Source: Flaccisagitta enflata (Eukaryota). Taken from it: a stretch of DNA of 64,000 nt. Positions 14,982-28,069 of the stretch are shown here, in pieces. The DNA is taken from NCBI GenBank assembly GCA_965153355.1, contig OZ231126.1, positions 24,428,001 through 24,492,000 of the forward strand. The letters run 5' to 3'. The notes below the pieces were generated by a model that had not been told where the DNA came from, ran no database searches, and worked only from the letters and a program-made list of their open reading frames with translations. Numbering within the stretch: position 1 is the stretch's first letter; each line of letters starts with the position of its first letter. Made by a program: the position numbers and the translations under genes.

Positions 14982-15443
14982 CTAGAATGGATAGGTAGGT
15001 AGACTGAATGAAAGAGAGACAGACAGACAGACAGACAGGAAGACAAACAGACAGATAAATATTGAGACATCTCCCAAGATCAAGTAGGTCAACACGTGCC
15101 TCGAATGGATCGTTAAGCGAGTGAGTAACGGACAGACTGACACTCCGACCGACTTACGATTGTATGGACGCGCTACTGCACACGTGAGATGACAATATTT
15201 TGGTAAACAATCTCCTTCGATTGATCTGATTAAATACAAACAGTCACCTTCAACACCACTTAACTGTTTCCTCCTGTTCTTGTTCTTGTTTTTGTTCTTG
15301 TCCCGGTTCTTGTCCCGGTTCTTCTTCTCGATTTTGTTTTTTGTTGTTTTTAATTGTTTTTTTGTTGTTTTTTCGTTTTTGTATTTTGTTTTTTGTTCTT
15401 CATGTTCTTCATGTTCTCCTTGTTCTTCTTGTTATTGTTCTCC

Positions 15444-15918
15444 TTTTGGGCAGTGGCCGCGAAGGGGTCTATGTCCTATGCTTTCACACATAGGGGAAAT
15501 TTCTCCTCCTCCTCCTTCTCCTACTTCTTTGTACCCCCCCCCTCAAATCTCAGCCTCGAGGCCCAAATCCCAGCCTTGAGGACCAATCCCAGCCTTGAGG
15601 CCCAAATCCAAGCCTTGAGGGTCAAATCCAAGCCTCGAGCGCCAAAACCTAGCCTGGGGGCCCAGATCCCAGCCTTGAGGCCCCAATCTAAGCCTCAAGG
15701 TTACGATTTGGGCCTCGAGGCTGGGATTTGAGGGGGGGATGGAGGAGAAGGAGAAGGAGAAGGAGGAGGATGAGGAGGAGGAGAAATTTACCCTATGTGT
15801 GAAAGCATAGGTCATTGACCCCTTTGGGGCTGCTGCCCTGCTCCCCCTTCAACTTCAAGCACAATCTATGTATGCAGGGCACGGGCACCGCTGACTATAC
15901 AATGCTTTTGCGACTATT
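15444..15918 (+). mobile_element. HINE family B
   Basis: ttttgggcagtggcc start, 21-bp array, inverted arm, end gcttttgcgactatt. Confidence 0.75.
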
Positions 15919-16010
15919 TCTTCTTCTTCTTCTTCTTTTCTTCTTCTTCTTTTTCTTTTTCTTTTTCTTTTTCTTTTTCTTTTTCTTTTTCTTTTTCTTT
16001 TTCTTTTTCT

Positions 16011-16712
16011 TTTTGGGCAGCGGCCCCGAAGGGGCCGATGACCTATGCTTTCACACAGGAGAAATTTCTCCTTTCTCCTTCTTCTACGTACCCCCCCCCC
16101 ATCAAGACCCAAATCCTAGTCTCGAGGCCCTAATCCTAGTCTAAAGGCCCAAATCCTAGCCTTGAGGCTCAAATCCCAGCCCCAAAGCTCAAATCCCAGC
16201 CTCAATGTTCAAATCCCAGCCTCAAAGCTCAAATCCCAGCCTCAAAGCTCAAATCCCTGCCTCAAAGCTCAAATCCCAGCCTCAAGGCTCAAACCCAAGT
16301 CTCAAGGCTCAAATCCCAGTCTCCAGGCTCAAATCCCAGTCTCCAGGCTCAAATCCCAGCCTCGAGGCTCAAATCCTGGCCTTGAGGCCCAAATCCTGGC
16401 CTCAAGGCTGTAATCCCAGCCTTGAGACTCAAATCCCAGCCTTGTGGCTCAAGTATCAGCTTGAGGCTCTAATCCCAGCTCCACGGCTCAAATCCCAGCT
16501 GCAACGCTAATATCCCAGCCTCCAGGCTCAAATCCTTGCTGCAAGGCTCATATCCCAGCCTCAAGGCCCTAATTCCAGCCTTGAAGCTCAAATAAAAACA
16601 GCATAGGTCATCGGCCCCTTTGAGGCCGCTGCCCCTCTAACCACCTCACACCAACACACACTCACATAGGGGCAACGGGTACCGCTGACCATCTAACGCT
16701 TTTGCGACTATT
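16011..16712 (+). mobile_element. HINE family B, full length
   Basis: ttttgggcagcggccccgaaggggccgatgacctatg start, about 22 copies of the 21-bp aggctcaaatcccagcctca unit, end gggtaccgctgaccatctaacgcttttgcgactatt. Confidence 0.8.
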
Positions 16713-16735
16713 CTTTTTCTTTTTCTTTTTCTTCT

Positions 16736-16767
<32 letters not shown>

Positions 16768-16816
16768 TTCTTCTTCTTCTTCTTCTTCTTCTTCTTCTTC
16801 TTCTTCTTCTTCTTCT

Positions 16817-16855
<39 letters not shown>

Positions 16856-17148
16856 TCTTCTTCCTCCTCTTCTTCTTCTTCTTCTTCTTCTTCTTCTCCT
16901 TCTTCTTCCTCTTCATCTTCTTCTTCTTTTTTTTCTTTTTCTTTTTCTTTTTCTTCTCCTTCTTTTTATCCTCTTTTTCTTCTTTTTATCTTCTTCTTCT
17001 TCTTCTCCTTCTTCTTCTTCTTCTTCTTCTTCTTCTCCTTCTTCATCTTCTTCTTCTTCTTCTTCTTCTTCTTCTTCTTCTTCTTCTTCTTCTTCTTCTT
17101 CTTCTTCTTCTTCTTCTTCTTCTTCTTCTTCTTCTTCTTCTTCTTCTT
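16713..17148. repeat. (CTT)n tract
   Basis: Seen directly. Confidence 0.95.
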
Positions 17149-17294
17149 CCCCTTTTGGCCTCAGGCCGTGTGACCGCTTTCGCTCTCGGTGCCCTGAAGG
17201 GTCAAGGGCGCAGAGGAGAAGAGGAGGAAAAAGTTTCGATGCCTCGAAGAGTCAAGGGTACAGAAACTCGACCATAAAACGTAAAGAGGAAAGT

Positions 17295-17893
17295 CGAGCA
17301 AAGGACTGTCACTTGCAAAGGAGCGACAATCAGCTACATGCGAGCAAAGGACTTTCACTAACAAAGGAGCGACAATCAGCTACATGCAAGCAAAGGACTT
17401 TCACTTGCAAAGGAGCGACAATCAGCTACATGCGAGCAAAGGACTTTCACTTGCAAAGGAGCGACAATCAGCTACATGCAAGCAAAGGACTTTCACTTGC
17501 AAAGGAGCGACAATCAGCTACATGCAAGCAAAGGACTCTCACTTGCAAAGGAGGGACAATCAGCTACATGCAAGCAATGGACTTTCACTTGCAAAGGAGC
17601 GACAATCAGCTACATGCGAGCAAAGGACTCTCACTTGCAAAGGAGCGATAATCCGCTGCATGCAAGCGAAGGACTCTCACTTGCAAAGGAGCGACAATCA
17701 GCTACATGCAAGCAATGGACTTTCACTTGCAAAGGAGCGACAATCAGCTACATGCGAGCAAAGGACTCTCACTTGCAAAGGAGGGATAATCAGCTGCATG
17801 CAAGCAAAGGACTCTCACTTGCAAAGGAGCGACAAGCAGCTACATGCGAGCAAAGGACTCTCACTTGCAAAGGAGCGACAATCAGCTACATGC
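17295..17893. repeat. 46-bp minisatellite, 13 copies
   Basis: Unit c(g/a)agcaaaggact(t/c)tcacttgcaaaggagcgacaatcagctacatg; copies start at 17295, 17341, 17387 and so on. Confidence 0.95.
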
Positions 17894-18307
17894 ACTGGTT
17901 TTCATGAATCTTAGATAATTTTAGATACTACAGTACCTAATGATTACCTGAATAGCAAATGGCAAATACCATCAAGGCGATTTGCGGATTCCCTGGCATT
18001 CCCCATGCAGACGCCCATCTTTCCCCATATAAGCGTCGTGCTGCCTTCGCAGCCTTCCTCACCAACCCCATATCCCGATAATGTCGTTATCCTACCTCTC
18101 AACCCTCAAGCATCCACTATCAAAGTCTCATCCTCACTCCAAAGCTTTGGTGGTTGGATACGACAGAGGGAAAGAAGGGAAAAACGAGAGGAAAATGAAA
18201 AGAGGAAAATTGAAATGGTTGTGTTATTGCTTGGCGCCTCCCGTGTTTGGGTCTAGGCGCAAACTTGAATCGAATTCGCGGAAGAAAAATAGAAGGAAAA
18301 AATGAAA

Positions 18308-18716
<409 letters not shown>

Positions 18717-19074
18717 AAAAAAAGAAGAAGGACGGGAACAGAAAGAAACGAGAACTGAAGAAGAAGAAAAAAACACCCAACAGAACAAGAAGAACAGAAA
18801 CAAGGCAAAGAGAAAAATGAGAAAAGGGTGAAAAGGGAACAGGAAGAAAACTCATTGAGAAGTGAAAATGATCAAACAAATGAACCTCGCCAAACAATTC
18901 GCTTTGTCCTGCTCTGAAGCGAATTTCCTTCTTCATGAGTTTAGGTAAGAAGGGGAGACGTAACCCCCTACTTTGCCCACCCGCCCTCCTTTCTTTCTCT
19001 CACTGCTTTAACGGTGAAGAAAGCTATCTCTTTAAAAAACTTTCTATTTAGATGAATAGTCCTTCAAGTTTTTA

Positions 19075-19681
19075 CTATCTTCGCCAAAAGAAACGCGACA
19101 CCTTCTATCTACAATATCTTGGTTTCTAGAAAAGCTAGATACTTTTTTAAAAAAAGAAATTAATCTTCCTGAAAAGATCTACAAAATGAGTCCAATCTGG
19201 TAACTGTATCTTAAAGCGTTTAGAAATGGCAAGCAGAAGAAGGAAAATAGTCATATTCAGAATTGATAAAAGATTGCGAAAAAAAAAGATCAAATTTGAT
19301 ATAACTTTAACTTTTGTTATCTTAACCTCTGGAGAAGCTAGTTATTTTTTCAAAAAAAACAAATTAATCTACATCAAAAAATCTCGAAGGTGGGCTCAAT
19401 CTGGATTCTGTAGCTTAAGCCATTTAGAAATGGCAAGCAAAAGAGTAAACCTTAATCAAAAATCATTAGCTTGCAAAAACTGTGGACAAATGAGAAGAGG
19501 TTATCATCCCTGTTAATGAAGAAATGCGATATAAATTGCATTTTAGATCCACAGTCTTGTGTATTTTTTTAAAAAATAACTTACTTAACCTCCAAACTCT
19601 TTCAGTTACTGAATTTTGCGAAAGTATGGTCAATAAATTGGTATCTTTGCCAGGGTGTCGCGTTTCTTTTGGCGAAGATAG
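19075..19681. mobile_element. TA-flanked MITE (Tc1/mariner-type target site)
   Basis: TA|CTATCTTCGCCAAAAGAAACGCGACACC ... GGTGTCGCGTTTCTTTTGGCGAAGATAG|TA; perfect 28-bp TIR. Confidence 0.85.
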
Positions 19682-19885
19682 TAGTCGCGTGCTACGCGAC
19701 TCTACACCCTGCTTTGTCCGTCCGTCCGTCCGTCGGTCCGTCGGTCCGTCCGTCCGTCACACTTTACTTTTTTTGGGTTTTTGGGATTTTTGGCTTCACT
19801 GCTCCTGCCCAAATGATCCGGTGACCTCAATTACAGCCCCTGCCCACCCGCACGCGACTGGGGTAGCCGTGTATCCGGCCTTGTT
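19682..19885 (+). mobile_element. HINE family A, full length
   Basis: tagtcgcgtgctacgcgactcta, (CCGT)n, subterminal inverted copy gcacgcgactg, hairpin gccgtgtatccggc, then cttgtt. Confidence 0.8.
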
Positions 19886-20215
19886 TTTTCATATTATAAA
19901 TAAAAATTGATTTAGCACAAATCAGTTTAGGACGGCCTCACCCAAAGCAAAGCAAATGCAATGGGGACTAAGTGTGTTTTCTTGTTTGAGCGCCTATTGC
20001 ATCATTGTTACAATACAACTAAATTCAACACGGCGCGGCGTCTCATGATCTCATGGTCTCATGATCTCACCCTAGGCAAACGGGTAGCAAAGTGTGTTTC
20101 CCTGTTTGAGCGATTGCTTCAGTCTTCGAGTCTCCAAAGGCTGATTGCTAAATGACTTTTCCTTTCAAAATTATCATCCGCATCAAAGCTTTTCCAAGGC
20201 GCGACTGACAAGAAC

Positions 20216-20940
20216 CTCACTTTTATTCTTATCTCTCTGTCTCTGTCTCCTGTCTGCTCACTTTTATTCTCATCTCTCTGTCTCTGTCTCCTGTCTGCTC
20301 ACTTTTATTCTTATCTCTCTGTCTCTGTCTCCTGTCTGCTCTCTTTCATTCTCATCTCTCTGTCCCTCTCTCTGTCTCCTGTCTGCTCAATTTTGTTCTC
20401 ATCTTTCTGTCTCAGTCTCCAGTCTGCTCAATTTCATTCTCATCTCTCTGTCTCTGTCTCCTGTCTGCTTTCTTTCATTCTCATCTCTCTATCCCTCTCT
20501 TTGTCTCCTGTCTGCTCAATTTTATTCTCATGTCTCTGTCTCTGTCTCCTGTCTGCTCACTTTTATTCTTATCTCTCTGTCTCTGTCTCCTGTCTGCTTT
20601 CTTTCATTCTCATCTCTCTGCCCCTCTCTCTGTCTTCTGTCTGCTCACTTTTATTCTAATCTCTCTGTCACTCTCTCTATATCCTGTCAGCTCAATTTTA
20701 TTCTCATCTCTTTGTCTCTGTCTCCTGTCTGCTTTCTTTCATTCTCATCTCTCTGTCCCTCTGTCTGTCTCCTGTCTGCTCAATTTCATTCTCATCTCTC
20801 TGTCTCTGTCTCCTGTCTGCTCACTTTCATTCTCATCTCTCTGTCTCTGTCACCGGTCTGCTGACTCTGCTCACTTTTATTCTCATCTATCTCTCCTTCT
20901 CTCTGTCTCCTGTGTGCTCACCCTTACTCTCATCTCTCGT
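20216..20940. repeat. ~41-bp pyrimidine-rich minisatellite
   Basis: Unit ctcacttttattct(c/t)atctctctgtctctgtctcctgtctg, with length variants. Confidence 0.9.
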
Positions 20941-21348
20941 TCTCTGGCTGACTTCGACTTTTTTCCCGACCAGTACTTCTTTTTGTCTCATCCCCTATTT
21001 GTCTCTGTCCTATCTGTCTTTCGCCTAAAGCTACTGATCATTTATATCATGATGATTCAGTATACAACCACTCAATCCTTTAGTCATTATACAACCATCC
21101 TTTAGTCTCTTTCCAATTGACACCTATTTTCTTTCTTATGACTTAGCCATTCCGTTTCATTTCTTTCCTGCACTTGGACAGTCTTCCTACTCTACCTTCT
21201 CTCTGGCCACTGGCTAGTAGCCAGACTTGAACTCGAGCAAGAGCCCCAGAGCCTGTGATATCGTTTCTGTCAGCGTTAACATCTTCATTCACGCACTTAC
21301 TTGCCCTACACCGCTTCGTTTCTTTTTCATTTTCGCACTGTTTCATCA

Positions 21349-21845
<497 letters not shown>

Positions 21846-22746
21846 GATCAGTCGCTCCATCGCTTCCCAAAAGCGACAATAGACAAGGCCTTTTCTCATT
21901 CAACTCAGCTTCTTTTGCCTTTTCTCTGTTTTCTCTCTGACTCTGTCTTAAACTCCGGGCTTATCCATTGAATCACGAACTCTGGGCTGGAAATTAGGCC
22001 AGTCAAGGCCCGTTCCACTGAAGCACGACCTCGTGCTTCAGTGGAATTGGGATTCGTGCCTCAGTGGATTGACTCTTAACATCTTTTCATACTGAAATGA
22101 GCCTCTTTTTTATTGCAATGAAATAAGCAGTCACTAAGGTTTTTTTTTTGATTGATTGCAACTATTTCAGAAGAAGAAAGAATTTATTTGATTTGATACA
22201 GATTTTTTTTTCTTTTTTGAAATTATTATATTTGATTTTCTTTGATATTTCAATTTTTCTTTTTTTTTTTTATCATAAAATTTCTTCCTTTACCTTTTTT
22301 CTTCAAAATTTTTTTTTTTTTTTTGAGGTAAACAGGTTTTCGTTTTTTCTTTTCAAAATGATGAAAAGTAAACAAATGTAAAAAGTTTTCTTTTTAATAT
22401 CAAAATTTTAAAGGAGAAAAAGGGAGAGATGTAAACAGAGATAGAGTCTTTAGAGAGGGATGGAATGGTGGGGATTTTCTTGATTCCTTCAAGTAAGCAT
22501 TGAACAAAATTAGTTTGACTATCTTTTCTACTGTGACAGAATAAGTTACTTCCAATTCCACTGAAGCCCGAATTGCAAAAAGCACTAGTTATTTTCAATT
22601 TCACTGAAGCACTAGGGTGTGCTTCAGTGGAAAAAAATTTAACTTAAGCACGAATTTCGTGATTCAGAGGATGCCCCAAACTCCGTCTTACTTTTGGATT
22701 GCAAGTCTGTTCCTTTTTCTGCCTGTCTCAGTCTGACTGTCTGTCA

Positions 22747-22840
<94 letters not shown>

Positions 22841-25213
22841 TTTGCTTTACATTTCAATATTCTTTGCTTATGTTGCCCTTTTCATCCTAACAAAATGCCA
22901 AAGCTTTGCAACTCGCTTCAGCGACCGCTTCTGGCGCTTTTTTTACAAGAGGTTTTGTGACGAACATGACTAGCTTGAACTGTCATGGACGGACGTATCA
23001 ACAGGATATTGAAACAAGGCCGTATACACTTCCCCCAGTCGCGGACGGGTGGGCAGGAGTGGAATAGCTTTAAAAAAAAACTCACGTTTTGTTGGTTGGG
23101 CAGACGAAAGACAAAAGACAAGAAAAAACATAATTCAATAATGTTACGAAACGATTCCCATCCCGCCTGTTTGTAATAGACAACTATGAGATAATTGCGG
23201 TTCTCTAGACGAAGATGCAACCATGCAAAGGTTACGACGAGGCTCCATCGAATAATCGGTACATCGGCATTCAAAAAGTACTTATCAAACTGTTCTATTG
23301 TACAACAAAGAGGAACCAAGCCCTGTGCCAGCACCATATCACACTTGAGAAAATACATCAACGCAAACCGATCTACATCCTATATTAAACGTTCTTCCTC
23401 CAGGAGCAGCAGCGTCGGTGGAAGTGGCGGTGGTAGTGGCGGGGGCAGTGGCGATAGTAAATCTGCGGTACAGCGATGGCGATGGCGACTGTAGTGGTGA
23501 TGGCGCTGGCAAGGGTACAACACAAATCTAAAAAAAAAGATAATGCATCTCTGTTTTAGTTAGTAAAACCTAAGAGAAATTCTCATTTGAAAGCATCTTT
23601 CATTTTAGACCTATCCCAGGTTCATATCTCAAACAGTTACGGTAACAAGGTCTTCAAAGTCCATTTTGCTAAAATGCCTCTTATTCAAAGGGGCTGCCAG
23701 AGCAAAACTTATCACAGTTTTTATTCCAAATCCTGCCATTCCCAAACAAAAAAGATAGAAATACCATATCGGTGCCAAATGAATAAAGATTTGGAGGGCT
23801 TTCCCACAGTCTAGAATTTTAAATAGTTTTATCGGCTATATCAACCATTCAAAAGAGCGTCATTCTCAGTTATTGGCAAAGCGATTTCATGAGAGAGTGT
23901 ATCCCTTGGTAGGCAAAGAGGTGTGTTCAACGTAACAACGGTTCACAATCGAGATTTTTGGCTCATAGGTCGTGAAGCATGACGTCAGCTTGTATTTTGA
24001 ATCTCAGAACAATCGCATCAATGGTTCAGAAGTTACGGCCTTTTTCATACTTAAAAAGTAAAAGAGAAAACCGACGTTATCTTTTTTCCATTCTTTATTT
24101 GAACTCGCCAATCGCCAATCAAATCATTAAAATTTTTTGAAAAAAATAAGATTACAGGATTTTGGATCGAGGCAAATTAAACAATTTCTCATTGATTGCA
24201 CCCCACTTTTGAAAACCGTTTTTAAAAAGAATAATTTGAGATTTATTTAACTCCCTGACGAGCGACACAAAAATTTCCAAAGTTTTTTTTAAAAAAAAGT
24301 GAAAATACAAGATTTTGGATCCAGACAAAGCAAACAATTTCCTATCGATTGCACTCCACTTTTATTTTCAAAAAAAAAAAAAAATCCGCATTAAGGTTTT
24401 TCTTGGGGGGGGGGGCCCTTCGGGGCCCCTAAGAAGAAAATAATGAAGTTAAGTTAAAGCCAATGGCGAGAGAAAACGAATATCCGCCGAACAAAACCAA
24501 GAACGCCTAGATCAGTGGTGATTTGTGCCTTCAATGACTCTTAAAACGAGATGCACTCCCAGCCTTAGAAATTTTGAGTTGTAGCTCGTCCCCTACCCTT
24601 GGAATATCCGAAGATCTGTAACACAAATTTTGAAGTGACTTGAAATCGACTGCTCAGCCACGTTTCAGCCCCCGTCCTTCCCCTTACTGCCCCTGCCCAC
24701 CCGCATTACTGCCCCTGCCCACCGCCAGCGGCTACCTATTGGTTATGTATACGGCCTTGTTCAACTCCATATTGCACGTGTTGGAGGCACAAATGGGGAC
24801 ACCCAACGTGGTTATAAGGTTGCCAACGATTATGCCAAGGTGATAGTGATGGTGGTAGCGATAGCACCATTGAGATGGCTGGAGCGGTGGCGACAGCGAT
24901 GGCGAAAGTAACGGCGATGTCAGCGGCAGCGGCGGCGGCGACGGCGGCGATGGCGATGGTAATAGTAACGGCGATGGCGGCGGCGATGGTGATGGTGGTG
25001 GCGGCACCCAGCGCTAAGCGTATCTCTCGATTCCGCGCCATCAGCATATAAATAGTTTTTTTTTTAAGCTTGAGAAAGTCATTAAGTTGAAAAGCAGTTA
25101 ATGGAAGGCAGACGTGGAAAGAATTCGATCCGGAGCCAGATATGACAATTTGAGACCAGACTAAAAAATGGAAAACGGAGAGAGAACGACAAGAAAAGAA
25201 AGATAGGAGGGAG

Positions 25214-25266
<53 letters not shown>

Positions 25267-25916
25267 CCTGGAAACAGATAAAGGGATAAGAAGAACACTA
25301 GCGTGAATACAGAGAGTCTGACAAACTGACTGAGAGCCATGCAGAAATAGCTAAAAGTTGGAAAGAATAGCATACAGCTGTACGGGATGACTGATAAAGA
25401 AAGACAGACAGATCAAGATGTCATACCGGGTAGAGAGAAAGGGATTTTTTTAATGCTGAATGTCAGTGGCACCCCAATTCTATAATTGTTGTGAATGGAA
25501 CTAGTTTTTGATCAGAATTGACAAGTTCTGACAGCTGCTTCCGAGAGTAGAAGGTGCTGTAGAAGATAACAGATACGGTTACGGAAAAGGATATAAATAC
25601 GGATATAGAGATACGGATACAGATACAGACACGGAAATAGGGATACAGGTCAAGGAAATTCACAATAATAGAGTGTGCCAAACGTTAGGGTTGTAAGAAT
25701 GTGAGATTAAGGTTTTTTTTTCAGTTCTAGGTAAGACCATAGATCGTTCATCTACTTTGGGCCACACTCACGAACCGCGTCGGGCGGAAAAAAAATATAT
25801 CAAAGAGAATGAAAAGGAAAAAAAAAGAGAATTCTTGATTAAGTCTGAGAGAAAAGAAAAGGAGAGAGTTCTTCTTTTTGGGATTGGAAAGGGAATGGAA
25901 GGACTCTCTCTCTCTG

Positions 25917-26083
<167 letters not shown>

Positions 26084-27482
26084 GGAGCGCCATCTGTACG
26101 ACCAAAAATTTGGGATTATCATCTTTCTTACGCGGTTCCATCAGAGAAATTGGAATATTTTCGTTTCTCTCTCCTTCCCAGCAAGATATTCTTTTCTTGT
26201 GGTAAGCCCACATGTTCATTTTAGCCTGCGTGTGTCAAATCATTCTCGAAAACGCACGCAGACGTGTACGCACATGTATCAACGTGTTTATACACAAGCT
26301 GGCTGGGTTATTATCATTTCTTAACCGAACTAGCCTGCATCATTTCGTGATGCTCAATTATTCGTATTCACTACAGAATAATCGGGCACCTGCCAGCGAA
26401 ATGAGATCTATTTGTATATTCAGATCAACTTGTATAACAACTTAACCACCAATAACATCATTAAAGAATGAGAAGCATTATCCAAATACGCGTGATGACT
26501 TATGAAACGATTAAAGACGATAAGAATATTTTTAGTAAGATTAGAATAGAGCCAAAAAAGCACTTGCACCATTCACCACAGATGTCGTCAGGAAAATTGC
26601 AGAAGAATGGTCGAAGATATCGCGAGTCTGCGCCCAGAACACGAGGTCACAAAAATCTTTACCGATAAAAACCAAGACACCGTAGAATGACTGAAGCGTA
26701 GCAAACTAACAATGATTAGAGTTGCGTGCGCAAAAACGAAAATGCATTGAAAACACAAGGAATCAAAGCACTGATTTAGAAGGTGCATCAATATCATCTT
26801 GGTCAAAAACATCGCCTTTAAGGCTAGTTTGTGATAAAACTACTTAAAAAATCATAATGAAATCAGTGACCATCAGAAAGCGCTAGAAAAAAGCTTTAAA
26901 ATGCCGCCAAGCAAAGTTCAGTTGCTCAATGCGTTTAGATTTTGGAGTCAAAAGAGTAAAAAAGTTCACTTCAACAACAACAGCAAATATGCAAAAAAAT
27001 GAAAGGGAAAAATGTTCACCTGTCTTTTTTCACTTTTTGGGGGTTTATTGTGATAAGATTATATAAAAATCGGTGACCATTAGAAAGAGCTTCAAAAAAT
27101 CTGCCTATTGCCGCCAAGCAGATCTTTTTAACTCAAACTGTTAATATTTTGCATAAAAATGAATGTACTTTGGTTTGAAAGTGGTAAGAAAAAAAATGTT
27201 ATAAAAATTGAAGGACTTGTTGTAAAAAATTGTTCAAAAATCTTTCATCTATGTCTACCCAAATGATTACAAATGATATTCAATACCAAGAGAGCCTGGA
27301 CTAAACATTCCTATAGAAAAATTGAATTCATTAAAAAAAATGATAGCAACAAATGACTATATTGTTTTATTGAGACGATATTTTTGACCAAGATGGTAGG
27401 ATAATAAAGTGTAATCTATTTAATTTCCAATTACAGTCCGGTTTATGTTATAGATTTTTTGTTAAGACCATGGTTCTTTTTT

Positions 27483-27907
27483 CTATCGAAAAGACACCAT
27501 TGTATAGCTTTCGGTCGCATTCATATATCTGCAATGAAGTCTATCTTGAACCTTTCTCCGTGCGACGGCGCTGAGGAAAGGTTTATTGTTTCGTTTCGGT
27601 GGACCACTCTTGAGATGGACTCCATTACCCACCGTTCTACCTCCAGCATCGTTTGCTTTGGTGCCAACGGCGTGGTCGACAATACCATGGGCAGAGAGAT
27701 GGTTTTTGCCATCTACTCGGCTGCTTGAATCGGCAACCGTCTTTTCTTCACTCCAGTATCTTTGAATCATCTTCCAGAGCCACACGCAGAAGCGCAGCAC
27801 GTAACCGATCATGTTCATTGGCGGTTGAACCACGAAACCAGTCTTGATGAAACGCCAGCGAAGACGCGCTTTTGAGGCTTTCCATTGAAGGTTCGCACAT
27901 GCATTTA
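27483..27907 (-). CDS. TRPC-like channel, last coding exon (TRP domain and C-terminus)
   Basis: Acceptor ttcatAG|TA (phase 1) gives FEK-V-NACANLQWKASKARLRWRFIKTGFVVQPPMNMI: a TRP box-like QWKASK and a PPPFN-like QPPMN. In frame with ORF 27483..27833. A further downstream exon cannot be excluded. Confidence 0.85.
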
Positions 27908-28069
27908 CTATGAATGAATAGACAAGAGAATGTAAGGGATCAGGTATTTCTTTTTCAAACCATGAAGGCAGGGAATTAGATTCAAATGTTCTGTGGCTCT
28001 AGTTGATGGCTATCTGGTCCATCCATCAATTAGAAAATCAAATTCAACAAAATTTACAAGTACAAGTAC

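Noticed and set aside
16015-16070. Hammerhead ribozyme-like motif (hairpin, CCGATGA, hairpin, GAAA) in family B arms
   Set aside because: The core is CCGATGA rather than CTGANGA and varies (ACGAAGT, CCGATGT) between subfamilies. No NUH cleavage triplet or stem III is present.
16162-16510. Heptad-repeat ORFs (LKAQIPA, GLIWGLR types)
   Set aside because: Translations of the 21-bp minisatellites inside family B elements.
17295-17914. CRISPR-like array or repeat protein ORFs
   Set aside because: Head-to-tail units without unique spacers, no cas genes, eukaryotic context; the ORFs arise from a stop-free repeat unit.
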